Positions 1 through 9,770 of a stretch of 64,000 nt of DNA are shown piece after piece; positions within the stretch are counted from its first letter, which is position 1, and each line of letters starts with the position of its first letter. Made by a program: the position numbers and the translations under genes. The notes under the pieces are model-generated. The model saw only the letters and a program-made list of their open reading frames with translations, did not search any database and was not told the origin of the DNA. The stretch is from a virus. Taxonomy: Duplodnaviria > Caudoviricetes. The stretch covers positions 96,001 through 160,000 of IMG/VR virus record IMGVR_UViG_3300032321_001270; one strand, written 5' to 3'.

Positions 1-1159
1 ACTTATAGCCCTTGGGAACAAACTTAACAGGCGCCAACAGTTCACCAACATACGGGAACGGCACACTCTGCCATTCCTCAACCCGGTTAACCTGAATAGC
101 GCTGAGTCGGCTCAGTACTAAAGGTTTATCCGGTGACAGCGCGGCTGTAAATAGCTCTTCATCGGTCGCTTCTCGCTGCGCCCGCTTGGGAGCCTGAAAC
201 CGCAACAACGTCGCGGCCGCCGCCGGCATCTTTTCGATAGCCGTTTTGATATCAACCACTATCTCCATTGGACTATCCGGCGAAACCAGCGCATCGCACA
301 TTTCCTCGTACGTCGGCTTGATATCTCCAAGCTCGCTGTACATGGCGCTGATCATATCGTCGAGAATCCACTGGGGAACACCCTCAGCGTCTTCGAGTCC
401 GTGCCGGGCCAGAACCTTAGCGGCCGGGTTTGGAATCGAAACCGTCATGTCATTGACGGCGCCGAAGGGATTTCGATCAAGATCGCCCAACACAGGCGAA
501 AAGTCCTCGATAGCCGCGTCGTGCTTGACGGCCAAGAAAACATTCTTGGCATCTTCTTCGGTCAGAGCGGCAACGTTAACATACGTCTTGTTGCCAAACT
601 GCCGAACCATGCTATCGCGTAGCTTGCTGCGATAGCTTTCTACCAGCTCCGCCGGTGCGTTCTGGATCGCCAGTGCCGTCATCTTATCTTCGTCGACGCG
701 CACGTGGTTACGAGCCGGAATATACACCATCGGCCAGCGGCACGGTTCAAACGCTAGCCTTTCGCCGCGCTTGTCCGCATATCCATAATCGCAAATAGCA
801 TGAAGCATGTCGCAACCGCGCTTGGCATTCAGCCGGTGCTTTTGCTTCTTGATGCTAAGTTGCGCGCCAAAACCCTTGTGCGAGATGGGGGCTCGAAAGT
901 CCCACTTGCCAAGAGTTTCAATGGTTATCTTGCCGGACCTATCAGCAATGGCCATAGCCACCGATAGATTCAGCCCCGCATTCTGGGTCACTTCAAGCAC
1001 AACCGCTGTCGGGCGAGCATCATCGCCAAACCGCCTAAAAGGCGTATCAAACTTTCTGTTTTCGCCGGCCAACCAGCTTACGGCCACTAGTCCCTCGCAG
1101 CGCGCAGCTACCCGGTCGAAAGCGTTGATGATGCTTGCCTGTGTCTTCGCGATATCCAC
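1..1159 (-). CDS. Large hypothetical protein, 3'-truncated by window edge (>386 aa; MDIAKTQASIINAFDRVAAR...)
   Basis: Not in ORF track. Translated by hand: GTG at 1159 behind AAAGGAG RBS, frame open to position 1. Confidence 0.8.
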   Translation of the reverse strand, partial: MDIAKTQASIINAFDRVAARCEGLVAVSWLAGENRKFDTPFRRFGDDARPTAVVLEVTQNAGLNLSVAMAIADRSGKITIETLGKWDFRAPISHKGFGAQLSIKKQKHRLNAKRGCDMLHAICDYGYADKRGERLAFEPCRWPMVYIPARNHVRVDEDKMTALAIQNAPAELVESYRSKLRDSMVRQFGNKTYVNVAALTEEDAKNVFLAVKHDAAIEDFSPVLGDLDRNPFGAVNDMTVSIPNPAAKVLARHGLEDAEGVPQWILDDMISAMYSELGDIKPTYEEMCDALVSPDSPMEIVVDIKTAIEKMPAAAATLLRFQAPKRAQREATDEELFTAALSPDKPLVLSRLSAIQVNRVEEWQSVPFPYVGELLAPVKFVPKGYK

Positions 1160-1367
1160 TGTCTACTCCTTTATTCAAGTTACCGTCCTTGACGTGGTTT
1201 CGGTCAAAGTGTTTCGACGAATATAGGGACCACTCTCTCGGTGTTACGACAATCTCTTCGTACTCCCCACTTGGAGTCTTGTCATAAAACTGAATGAGTG
1301 TCCGAGTTACATCGAGAACTTCCTGTCTCCGAACAGGCCGTCCTTTGAACCGAATAACATCACGCAC
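1047..1367 (-). CDS. Hypothetical protein, 106 aa
   Basis: ATG behind AAGGGGG; overlaps the next gene by 113 nt. Confidence 0.6.
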   Translation of the reverse strand: MRDVIRFKGRPVRRQEVLDVTRTLIQFYDKTPSGEYEEIVVTPREWSLYSSKHFDRNHVKDGNLNKGVDSGYREDTGKHHQRFRPGSCALRGTSGRKLVGRRKQKV

Positions 1368-1472
1368 GCATGAATTCCCCCTTACAGCAATAAAGCTGCG
1401 GCTATAGAGCTTGTCCGCGAAAACGCTAAACGCGGTACAATAAATATGCCAGCTTATGCTGAAAAATTTAGT

Positions 1473-1910
1473 TCAGCTGTCGGGGTCTGGCAGAATGTTA
1501 TCAAAGACGTTAATCGTGTTTTCGTCTTCGTCAGAGAAGAAGTCGTCGGGATTCGTCGACGGCTTGTTACTGCCCTGAGTTTTGATCTCAGGCGGCGTTT
1601 CTAGATGGATAGGATCAGAACCAAGGTATCCAGTATCGTCCGGCTCGAAATTGTCTTTGGGTACATCGAACAGCGGTAGGTTGCCCCACGGTGTTAGCAA
1701 ATGCCTAAACGGCGGTTTAGATATCTGCAGCCGAGCACCTGCAAAACTGAATACCGATACGTCGTGGTCAATAAGGTCTTTCATGCGCTCCGTCATAGCC
1801 TCAAGCGCGTTAAACTCTTCGACGCCAAACTCGCCGTCAGCGCGGAGAATGACGATATAGAAATGCTCCGGCATGTCCGGCTGCTCGATCTTATTTTCTT
1901 CTTCGTCCAT
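1473..1910 (-). CDS. Acidic hypothetical protein, 145 aa
   Basis: TAATG stop/start coupling with upstream ORF. Confidence 0.75.
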   Translation of the reverse strand: MDEEENKIEQPDMPEHFYIVILRADGEFGVEEFNALEAMTERMKDLIDHDVSVFSFAGARLQISKPPFRHLLTPWGNLPLFDVPKDNFEPDDTGYLGSDPIHLETPPEIKTQGSNKPSTNPDDFFSDEDENTINVFDNILPDPDS

Positions 1911-2554
1911 TACTCATCTCGCATATCGAGTGGATCTTTACCGTCGAAGCCGGCCGTCACACCAGCCGCATAAATACTGCGCGGCATCATGTTTAATGCA
2001 GCGCCGCTTAGTTTGCGAACGACAGCCGGGGCGTTTAACTGCGGATCTAAATATACAACAAACTGATTTGACATCACGCCAAAAACGGTGATATCCAAAA
2101 ACTGTCCGCTTTTCGACGTGGGGTCAAGCACGACAACCGAGTGAGAAAACGTACTCGCAAACATGCTGACTTTTGGGTCGGAGTAAGCGATACCGCCAAG
2201 AAAATCAAAACACTCTTCTCGGCGACGTTCGTCAATGCAGTACAACCGTTTATCCCAGTTCACCGTTTTTTTCTTTCCCGGCGCAGGACAAATTCCTACA
2301 CCAGAAAAAAAGTACTCGTCTGTTTTGACAAGATCGATGTGAAACGGACGAAGATCGCTTGACGCCGCAGGAAAGCGGGCATCAAACTCGATCACCGGGT
2401 CGCGGTCAAATCCGCCGTGAGTGAACAACAGCGCAGCGGTAAAAAGCACGAGCGGGTTGTCGCGCTGCTGCAGGGCGTCGGCGCACGACAACGCAGGTAT
2501 GCTGTCCGCGCCAGAGACAGCGTCGACCTGAATAAATGTGTTTGGCCTCAGCAT
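1910..2554 (-). CDS. Hypothetical protein, 214 aa
   Basis: Start moved to MLRPNTF (ATG 2554), just downstream of the ruvC stop. Confidence 0.7.
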   Translation of the reverse strand: MLRPNTFIQVDAVSGADSIPALSCADALQQRDNPLVLFTAALLFTHGGFDRDPVIEFDARFPAASSDLRPFHIDLVKTDEYFFSGVGICPAPGKKKTVNWDKRLYCIDERRREECFDFLGGIAYSDPKVSMFASTFSHSVVVLDPTSKSGQFLDITVFGVMSNQFVVYLDPQLNAPAVVRKLSGAALNMMPRSIYAAGVTAGFDGKDPLDMRDE

Positions 2555-2564
2555 GGCGACCCCG

Positions 2565-3203
2565 TCATTTCTTGACGTTGACAAGCCCTGCGTTTGTCGT
2601 CTGAATGAGCAACAGTAACACAAACGCCGCGTCAACCACGTTATCAATACCCGTGGATTTATATTTTGCTGAGTCGAATGCGGCGCCGAGCGATTTATTT
2701 GCCGCGGCAATCATGTCTTCTTTGCTGGCTTTGCCACTACCGGTAGCAAACTTTTTAATAGTGCTGATCGCAAATCCGCTCGCGATAAGATTGGCTTCTT
2801 CGGCCCATGTTGCGACCGTCACCTTCATTCCGCCAAGCACTTCAGACGCCGTAGCAACACGCGACAACACTGCCGGAATGCCGAACTTCTTATTGACAAA
2901 AAACTCGCGCGGCGGTGTGTACTTTACGTCTTCGTAGCCAATGACGTCGGCCGCGGCTGTGTTTAAAAACGCACGCAGCCGAACAAAACGAGACGCGCCA
3001 GACTCCAGCCCCTGCACCGACAAATCCCATTGGAACAACTGCAGCTTTTCCTGCAGCATCTTTTTACCGGGGATAAAGTCGTAGACGGCCACGCCACAAT
3101 TACTGCCCAAGTCGAGCCCGAGGAATCTAATCGCGTCTGCTGGTTTTTTCTCAAGCTTAGCCCCAAACTGCTTGGGGTCTTTGTACATCCTGTACTTGGG
3201 CAC
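2565..3203 (-). CDS. ruvC: RuvC-like Holliday junction resolvase
   Basis: FLGLDLGSNCG (Asp1), GYEDV (Glu), IKKFATGSGKASKEDM, DNVVDA; GTG start behind AGGAG. Confidence 0.88.
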   Translation of the reverse strand: MPKYRMYKDPKQFGAKLEKKPADAIRFLGLDLGSNCGVAVYDFIPGKKMLQEKLQLFQWDLSVQGLESGASRFVRLRAFLNTAAADVIGYEDVKYTPPREFFVNKKFGIPAVLSRVATASEVLGGMKVTVATWAEEANLIASGFAISTIKKFATGSGKASKEDMIAAANKSLGAAFDSAKYKSTGIDNVVDAAFVLLLLIQTTNAGLVNVKK

Positions 3204-3216
3204 GCAACGCTCCTGA

Positions 3217-3894
3217 CTATTTCGGGCCGGGGTAATCGTTTTTCTGCGACGACCAAGCAACAAACCGCTGCCACAATGTTCGCGGCGGTTGTTTGACTAT
3301 CTCGGTTTCCTTGGCTTGATAAGTCAGCAACTTATCTTGCGCAGATTGCAACTCCTTATACACCAGATTGAGCCGCGTCTGCAAGACATCGTTCATCATT
3401 TTCAGATGCTCAGCCATAAAGTTTGCGTTGTACGTTGGTGTTCCGTTACGCGCCGCAAACTCAATAACGGTTGCAGAAAAGCGCGACATACCACCCGCTG
3501 CCGGCGACTCTTCTCCGATAACGGATACTTCACGCACCGCTTTGAACCACGCAGCGCAGAACACTTCACCGATCGCGGCAAACAACGCCAGACGAACTGG
3601 ATATCTAAACGCAAAAAATTCTCGGCGGTTCAAAGCCTGCTCAAACGTCTTTACAGGATCTGCGCCGTTGACGAAGTCGCGCTGAGCCGCGGCGAGCGCT
3701 TCAGCAATTTTTACAATCTCGTCTTGGGAGATGTTGTGCTGCACATACCAATTTGCAGCTTCTTCGGTGCGGGCGGCAGGATCTAAGTTTTCAATTGCAC
3801 GCACCATGAGTGTCGGCGTAATGTAGGCATAGTCGCGCTCAGGGTTGTAAAGCGGACCAGAATCACCTTTTTGCCGATAACCAATACTGCTCAT
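3217..3894 (-). CDS. Hypothetical protein with C-terminal coiled coil
   Basis: ATG (MSSIG) behind AAGGA; heptad-like C-terminus. Confidence 0.7.
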   Translation of the reverse strand: MSSIGYRQKGDSGPLYNPERDYAYITPTLMVRAIENLDPAARTEEAANWYVQHNISQDEIVKIAEALAAAQRDFVNGADPVKTFEQALNRREFFAFRYPVRLALFAAIGEVFCAAWFKAVREVSVIGEESPAAGGMSRFSATVIEFAARNGTPTYNANFMAEHLKMMNDVLQTRLNLVYKELQSAQDKLLTYQAKETEIVKQPPRTLWQRFVAWSSQKNDYPGPK

Positions 3895-3907
3895 AAAAAA
3901 TCCTTTC

Positions 3908-4759
3908 TTAGTGCGTAGGCTCCGCCTGCTGCGCAGCCGAATGACGACACCGAATACACATAACGCCGCGGTCATTTGGGTCAAAGAACCCGTCGCTGCG
4001 GCATGTGTCGCAGTATCGTGTCACATACGTACGCGGGTGAGTAGCAAATTCGCACTGATCGTATCCAAGCCAGCAGTGCACGCACGAATGCTCGTACTGG
4101 TCTGGGCAAGGGCGGGCACGAGTTCGAACTTCAATGCGCGCGCGGTTTTCTTTAAACATGCTGCTGCTGACGCTGACCTTCGAAAAGAACGGTGTCTCCC
4201 GACTTTTGGCAGCTTCAACATGCGCGAAGAACAACAAGTTCACAAAATGCACTGCCGTCGTGTACGGGTAGGCACCCCACGGAGCAGAAAAACCAAGCGT
4301 CTGCGAAATCGCGCGGCAGCTGTTTGACGAGAAGAACTGCGTAAACGACATCGGACACGGCGAGCCGGCCAAAGCCCGACACTCGAATATGTAGCCCGGC
4401 GTGTTCTTACGCTTATACGGCCGGATATGCTCAACACGGACGGGCACTAGCTCGTCTTCAAGCTGCCGAGTCCACGGCAGAACAGGAATACCATCTTTAA
4501 GTTTTTCAACGTTTCCGGCTAACCTCCACGCCAGATCTGCTGCCATCCGTTTTGTTATCTTAGTTCCCGCCAATGCCCGAATAGAGTCGAACACGGCTGG
4601 CTGCGATACAGAATCAGGCAGCTCAGCCAACACATCGCGGCACATATCACGCAACGTGTCTCCTACCACGTTAGCGTCAAAATATGGTCGCAACGCGCGG
4701 CTGATAAGGCGATCGCGGCAGTGACGAATTCGGATGTAACTAAACGGCGGACGCGCCAT
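3908..4759 (-). CDS. Hypothetical protein with Cys-rich (Zn-binding) C-terminus
   Basis: CPDQYEHSCVHC...C, CDTC, CIRC clusters. Confidence 0.7.
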   Translation of the reverse strand: MARPPFSYIRIRHCRDRLISRALRPYFDANVVGDTLRDMCRDVLAELPDSVSQPAVFDSIRALAGTKITKRMAADLAWRLAGNVEKLKDGIPVLPWTRQLEDELVPVRVEHIRPYKRKNTPGYIFECRALAGSPCPMSFTQFFSSNSCRAISQTLGFSAPWGAYPYTTAVHFVNLLFFAHVEAAKSRETPFFSKVSVSSSMFKENRARIEVRTRARPCPDQYEHSCVHCWLGYDQCEFATHPRTYVTRYCDTCRSDGFFDPNDRGVMCIRCRHSAAQQAEPTH

Positions 4760-5384
4760 TGCTACCCTCCAGCGTAACAGGGCTGGCTGGAATTTGTGCG
4801 CCAGAATCAGCTACGACAGTAGTTACACTCATAGCTTCAGCATCGCGAGTTACAACCTTACGGTCAGGGTTGTTGGCTTCCCACGTCTGCCGTGCCTTTG
4901 TGCATGTATCTTCGGCTGTCGTCGCAGTTTCTTTAATGGCGGCAGCTTCTTGCTGCAACGCAAGAATAATCGTCCCCAACTCACTCGACAGCAGGCTGGC
5001 GATGTCTCCAATGCATACTACGTTTTTCACAGAAGCTACAATCGGTTCGGAAGTCTTGCCGTCTTTCACCGTGCTAAACTTGATTGAAATCTCTTCAAGT
5101 TTCAGCGTAGCCGGCAGCGGATCACTGAGCGCTTTTCCATGCAGCTCAGAACCAATCTGCTTCAGCGCGTTAAAGCGAGTATACAACTCTTCCATCCGCG
5201 CAGCCGACTCTTTAATCAGCTCAGACGGATTGACGCGTACAACTTGTTGGGGCGCGTTAGCCGCCGCCTGTAAGGCTTTCGCAAGCGCTGACGCATCCAT
5301 CTTGATCGGGACCGATACGTTCGTAACCCCGGTGGAGCATGCGGCTTCAGACTTTACTGCGTCTACAATTGTCGTTTTTGACAT
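4740..5384 (-). CDS. Hypothetical helical protein, 214 aa
   Basis: In-operon ORF with AAGGA RBS. Confidence 0.7.
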   Translation of the reverse strand: MSKTTIVDAVKSEAACSTGVTNVSVPIKMDASALAKALQAAANAPQQVVRVNPSELIKESAARMEELYTRFNALKQIGSELHGKALSDPLPATLKLEEISIKFSTVKDGKTSEPIVASVKNVVCIGDIASLLSSELGTIILALQQEAAAIKETATTAEDTCTKARQTWEANNPDRKVVTRDAEAMSVTTVVADSGAQIPASPVTLEGSNGASAV

Positions 5385-5394
5385 TGTGTGTTCC

Positions 5395-5799
5395 TTATAA
5401 AAGTTTTACTGCAAAACCAAACCAATAACGCAAACCAGTATTGATATCTGTATCAGTGTCGTACAAAAGTTCAACTGGGTCGCCGGTTACCACGTAAAAA
5501 TGCGATACGGCGCCGGGCAGGTAACTCGCGCACGATAAACCCATCTGCAGCATAAAAGCTAGCGCGAGATCGGCTTTCGGACTGAGATCATACGAAAAAA
5601 TCGGAATGCGTAAATACTCGTCGTGCGCGCTGTGTGCCCACGTAGGCGACTCACCCGGCAAATAAGGCGCATCAAGCACATGCCAGTCTGCGCCGCCAAG
5701 TTTCTCGACCGGCAGCACACGGGCGGGCAGAAATGGTTCGCCGTCCGGCCAGTTTGACCGCGTTCTTTTCAAATCTATTCGATCCACTGATAGTTTCAT
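5395..5799 (-). CDS. Hypothetical protein, 134 aa
   Basis: ATGA overlap with the glycosyltransferase stop. Confidence 0.7.
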   Translation of the reverse strand: MKLSVDRIDLKRTRSNWPDGEPFLPARVLPVEKLGGADWHVLDAPYLPGESPTWAHSAHDEYLRIPIFSYDLSPKADLALAFMLQMGLSCASYLPGAVSHFYVVTGDPVELLYDTDTDINTGLRYWFGFAVKLL

Positions 5800-6524
5800 G
5801 GACAGTAATCAAATCCTATTGGTTGCTCATTTTTACCGCGCTTCGAACCGGCGGCTTCAACACCGTCCGCGTTTGCGTTAATCCAAACACCGTCACGAAA
5901 ATGACCAAGTGCTAGATCTTGTTGACGGCATAGTTCGCCCAACATGACATCAACACCGCGATGCGTATTCGTGTGCGGCGGCCAGTCAAACTGTTGCAGG
6001 ACTGCTGTTTGCGCAGCCCACCAACTGCCGGCTGGAAAAGAAACATATGTCGCCGGTTCTTTCCCTGCGTACCACGGCTGAGCTTTAATCCACGCAGCCT
6101 GATTACCCGCTAAACGAGTGCGATAAATAGACCCGACAACGGAGTGGTGCCCAACCTGTTGCGTCAGCCGCGGCAGCCACTTTTCAACATCTACGTCTTG
6201 AGCCAGACAAGAGTCGTCGTCAAACCACATTGTGATCGGCGCTGAAATAGGCTGACTGTAAAACAACCGACGCATCATTGGGTACTTATTTACGTTTTCT
6301 GTAGAGTCCAAAAACATTGCCTTGGGGAAGTGAGCCTCGATTTGCTGCTGCAAAAATGTCCGAGTGTTCGCGCCAATCGCGTTGCACCCAAAACGAAATT
6401 CAATGTCGTGTTTTGTGAGTTCGCGCATGGGCGTGTTTAAAACACGTTGCGCAAGCTTAAAGCACGTAGCGTCGTTGCCGTAAAACAACACGCACACACA
6501 GATTGCAGCGGCTCCATCCGCCAT
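5796..6524 (-). CDS. GT-A fold (family 2-like) glycosyltransferase
   Basis: N-terminal strand CVCVLFYGN, ITMWFDDDS (DxD), later DVMLGELC segment typical of GT2. Confidence 0.65.
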   Translation of the reverse strand: MADGAAAICVCVLFYGNDATCFKLAQRVLNTPMRELTKHDIEFRFGCNAIGANTRTFLQQQIEAHFPKAMFLDSTENVNKYPMMRRLFYSQPISAPITMWFDDDSCLAQDVDVEKWLPRLTQQVGHHSVVGSIYRTRLAGNQAAWIKAQPWYAGKEPATYVSFPAGSWWAAQTAVLQQFDWPPHTNTHRGVDVMLGELCRQQDLALGHFRDGVWINANADGVEAAGSKRGKNEQPIGFDYCP

Positions 6525-6554
6525 AACCGGCTCCGTCCGACAGTCATTGTCGTG

Positions 6555-7103
6555 CTAGAACTTGACAGGGCTTAGCGCCGCTCGTGCAACGGCCACCGGC
6601 ATAACCACCGGAGGCACACGAGACCGACCCAGCAAGGTCATAGCTCTCACTACGTCCTTCGGAGTTGGCGCTACGCCGTTCTTTACTTCCTTGACCATTT
6701 TCTCAATCGTTTCAAGAAACGTGGTTCGGTCTTTGACAGAGCTAAAATTAAACCTGACAGAAAACTGCGTAACTGTCTTGCCGGCATGCTCGTCTGCAAC
6801 GTCACAACGCTCCCAAACAGATTTGTCGTCGCCGCGCGTATACACGCAACTTAAACGACCTAAGAAATCATAGATAACAAGAACAGCTGATTTGTCAACA
6901 TCAGTAATTAACGAAAACACGTGTGGAAAATGAGTTGCCGGAATAAACGGCAACTTCTCAACAATCTTTTCGTCAAGGTCGAGGCGCTGTAGTTGGAGCG
7001 GGAAGATGCGGTTGCCCAGCTTCTCATCGGCGATGAAAAACTCAGCCTCCAGCGCACCTACACCCGGCTCGATAACAATAGGCACATTACGTACGGAAAA
7101 CAT
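6555..7103 (-). CDS. Hypothetical protein, 182 aa
   Basis: AAGGAG RBS; in-operon. Confidence 0.7.
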   Translation of the reverse strand: MFSVRNVPIVIEPGVGALEAEFFIADEKLGNRIFPLQLQRLDLDEKIVEKLPFIPATHFPHVFSLITDVDKSAVLVIYDFLGRLSCVYTRGDDKSVWERCDVADEHAGKTVTQFSVRFNFSSVKDRTTFLETIEKMVKEVKNGVAPTPKDVVRAMTLLGRSRVPPVVMPVAVARAALSPVKF

Positions 7104-7113
7104 TTCAAGCTCC

Positions 7114-8001
7114 TTATCGTGTCATACCGGATCGACGGCGGGGCTGCGATTCCTGCGACTCGCCGTCCTCTTCGTTTTCTTCTCTCCCGCTAAGTTCTTC
7201 CTGCACTTTGGCGCACATCGCAACGTGATCCGCAACAATGTCCGACATCTTGCTGAAGTTTTCAACAATTTCCGCAAAGTATCCTTGCGTTGTTGCATCA
7301 AATTTACTCGGCGACGCATTTGCGATATCGTCGTAAATGTTGTCGCGCTTCTCGCTAAGCCACAGCGTTTCAGAACGTGCAATAAATCGCCGCTGGTGCT
7401 GCAGCAAATCGTGGATCTGCTGTTTCAATCCCTTCGGGGCCTGATGCGTACGGCCGCTGTTCTTCTGCTTGCCGCGCATTTCTTGCAGCTCTGTCGCCAG
7501 CGTCTTGGCCGTGTAAGCCTCTTCAGCGCACTTCTCCTCGATCGCCGACCGCTGAGTGTCGTCAGGGATCTGTGTCAGAAGCTGCACGTGAGACGTCGTC
7601 AATCTCCACCGCGGTCGGTCCGGGCACCGAAGCCCGAGCAGCCGGGTGATTTCGGCCTCGCTCGGATACTTGTCGAAAAAGGTCACTGCGCCACGAAGCT
7701 GCTCAACGGTGTACACAGGCGCAAAGATCGACATGAGCAACGACGCACCGTCGATATGCTGCGACTGTTGTTCGGCCGTCAGGTAGCGTTCGGGGTCGCC
7801 CTTGACCTCTGTAATCAACCGACCGATCCGCCAGTACGCTGTCAGGCTTGCGGCCTGCGCGTCGCTGAACAAATGATCGATTTCTGACACCACGTCCTGC
7901 AACGCTGGCGTCAGATTTTCTACTGCTACTAAATACGGCGAGTTACGCGATTCGATAAGCTCAGCCTGAATCATCGCCGCCGCTTTAGATTTCCTACCCA
8001 T
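7114..8001 (-). CDS. DUF1016 N-terminal (YhcG-N)-like domain protein
   Basis: AYWRIGRLITE...FFDKYP...LTTSHVQLLTQIPDDTQRSAIEEKCAEEAYTAKTL parallels YWEIG...F...YP...LSWSHY..LL.I.D...R.FY.....WSVREL; start MGRKSK behind AAGGAG. Confidence 0.6.
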   Translation of the reverse strand: MGRKSKAAAMIQAELIESRNSPYLVAVENLTPALQDVVSEIDHLFSDAQAASLTAYWRIGRLITEVKGDPERYLTAEQQSQHIDGASLLMSIFAPVYTVEQLRGAVTFFDKYPSEAEITRLLGLRCPDRPRWRLTTSHVQLLTQIPDDTQRSAIEEKCAEEAYTAKTLATELQEMRGKQKNSGRTHQAPKGLKQQIHDLLQHQRRFIARSETLWLSEKRDNIYDDIANASPSKFDATTQGYFAEIVENFSKMSDIVADHVAMCAKVQEELSGREENEEDGESQESQPRRRSGMTR

Positions 8002-8029
8002 TGAAGCTCTCCTTAAAGAGTGAAGTAAA

Positions 8030-9184
8030 CTATTTACGCTTCCGACTTTTTGTCTCAGGAAGCAGAATTTGAAGCGCTGTGGTTTGCAGTTGATCGCGGA
8101 GCGTGTGGTAATGCCCGCGGGAACACCGCAATATAGAACAGAACAGATCGTAGGCTGTTCGTGTGCGTAATACCTCCTTTGTAAATACATCCATAACGTC
8201 ACGCGCTTCGATGTCTGCGCCGACGGTGGTTGTGTTTTTGATGATCTGTTTCGCGTCTTCTCGTGGAATCTTGAATTTCATCAGATAGGACAGCCACTTC
8301 TCATTCGCGGCTTCCATACTTGCCCGGTCGTCTGAGAACTCAAGCGACAAGCTGGTCAACGCTCGGGTGCGCTGGGCAACAAAATTCATATCAATAACGC
8401 GCTCAGAAACTTTGCCGGCCAGAACCGCAGTGCGGCCGACAAGATCAGCGCCGGTGTGGTTTAGACGACCACCAGAGCCGGGTGAAGACAGCGCCACACC
8501 GAATTTGGTGTATAGGCATGTCGAGGCCCGAATGGCGTTACCAGTGTCCTCGCGGTTCGAGAAATACCAACCCGCAGCGAACGTGTGACGCGGGTCAGTA
8601 TAGATATCAGTACGCCGCGATGTGGGGTCGATGAAATACAGGCGCAGTTCTCGGCCCAGCAGCTCTGCCCGGAAGAACTCCGCCGCAGGTTGCTTGTCGT
8701 GCAGCTCGTTACGAACGGTTTCAAGAAATACGCTGTTGTCGAGCATCCGGTGATCGAGGCCAAGAAAGCCCTCAATCGTGCGCTCGCGGTGATTGACGAG
8801 AAGATTGCGTTCGCGAAGCGCATCGAAGCGCACTCGTAGCGTGGTGTTGTAAACACTCACCGCGGCCGCAATGTCTGTAGCCTTGCCCAGCGTTTTAAGT
8901 TGACGGACGTTTTCGCCAGACAGCTCGTTGAACAGCTGCGACAGCCCGACCGACAGCACCGACGACAAGGCGCGAAAACCAATAGGGTTAAAGCGGTAAC
9001 CGCTTTCGGTGATTCTGCCGTCGGCCGCCATGACCAGCTGCGCTTCGTCCACAACCGGGACTGATTCTGTGCTGGCCGACCGGGCTTCAAGAAAGTTCCG
9101 GCACTCTTCGAACTGACTCGCAGAGAACGAGAACGCCGGCACAGGCGCAAACACACTGCGCACAGTTGTTCCCGCCGACGCCAT
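8030..9184 (-). CDS. DUF932-like protein
   Basis: HRMLDNSVFLE and AGWYFSNREDTGNAIRASTCLY resemble the DUF932 core. Confidence 0.5.
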   Translation of the reverse strand: MASAGTTVRSVFAPVPAFSFSASQFEECRNFLEARSASTESVPVVDEAQLVMAADGRITESGYRFNPIGFRALSSVLSVGLSQLFNELSGENVRQLKTLGKATDIAAAVSVYNTTLRVRFDALRERNLLVNHRERTIEGFLGLDHRMLDNSVFLETVRNELHDKQPAAEFFRAELLGRELRLYFIDPTSRRTDIYTDPRHTFAAGWYFSNREDTGNAIRASTCLYTKFGVALSSPGSGGRLNHTGADLVGRTAVLAGKVSERVIDMNFVAQRTRALTSLSLEFSDDRASMEAANEKWLSYLMKFKIPREDAKQIIKNTTTVGADIEARDVMDVFTKEVLRTRTAYDLFCSILRCSRGHYHTLRDQLQTTALQILLPETKSRKRK

Positions 9185-9201
9185 CCGGCCCTCCGTGCCA
9201 A

Positions 9202-9768
9202 TCAGTCGTAATACCAGTCAAATCCTATAGACCCGAACAGGGTCGATGTGTGCTCAACAACAAAGTAGTTTTTGTTTGTCGGCGGGAAACTGCAACGCCA
9301 CTGAATACGCGGAACATCAGGCCCGTCATCCGCATTGTGGTTATGTGCGCAAAGCATTGTGCGCACAACCGGGAAGCACATAATAAACCGACGTTCTGTG
9401 TTGACTTCGAGTCTGTGAAGATTCTTAGCCACCGCAGCGCATAATCTGTTTTTACCGTTTTTCGGTAGTTTGAACAGATCGGCAAGCGTCAGTTCGTGGA
9501 GCCGCGGAATTCGACGTCCGTAAAGCAGGCCGGGAAACCGGTGGAACTCGGAGTTAAACCAACTGAAGTTAAGTTTGTCATGCCCGGTCATATCACGGCA
9601 TTCGTTCACAAACTTGCCCCAGCCAGATATCTTAATCCCGCATTCTTTAAACACGCGCTTGATAATCCGTTCTTCAAACGCAAGCTGCCGCTGAAAACGG
9701 ATGGCATCAGCGCCCTGACTGTCCTGATTGAACAGCTCGTTGAAGAACTGGTCGCGTGGGTCAGACAT
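9202..9768 (-). CDS. Hypothetical protein, 188 aa
   Basis: In-operon ORF. Confidence 0.65.
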   Translation of the reverse strand: MSDPRDQFFNELFNQDSQGADAIRFQRQLAFEERIIKRVFKECGIKISGWGKFVNECRDMTGHDKLNFSWFNSEFHRFPGLLYGRRIPRLHELTLADLFKLPKNGKNRLCAAVAKNLHRLEVNTERRFIMCFPVVRTMLCAHNHNADDGPDVPRIQWRCSFPPTNKNYFVVEHTSTLFGSIGFDWYYD

Positions 9769-9770
9769 GA

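Noticed and set aside
7006-7887. 293-aa plus-strand ORF (also 35148-36080, 51533-52405, 18323-18736 and similar)
   Set aside because: These are antisense shadows of well-supported minus-strand genes in GC-rich sequence; no RBS or recognisable motifs.
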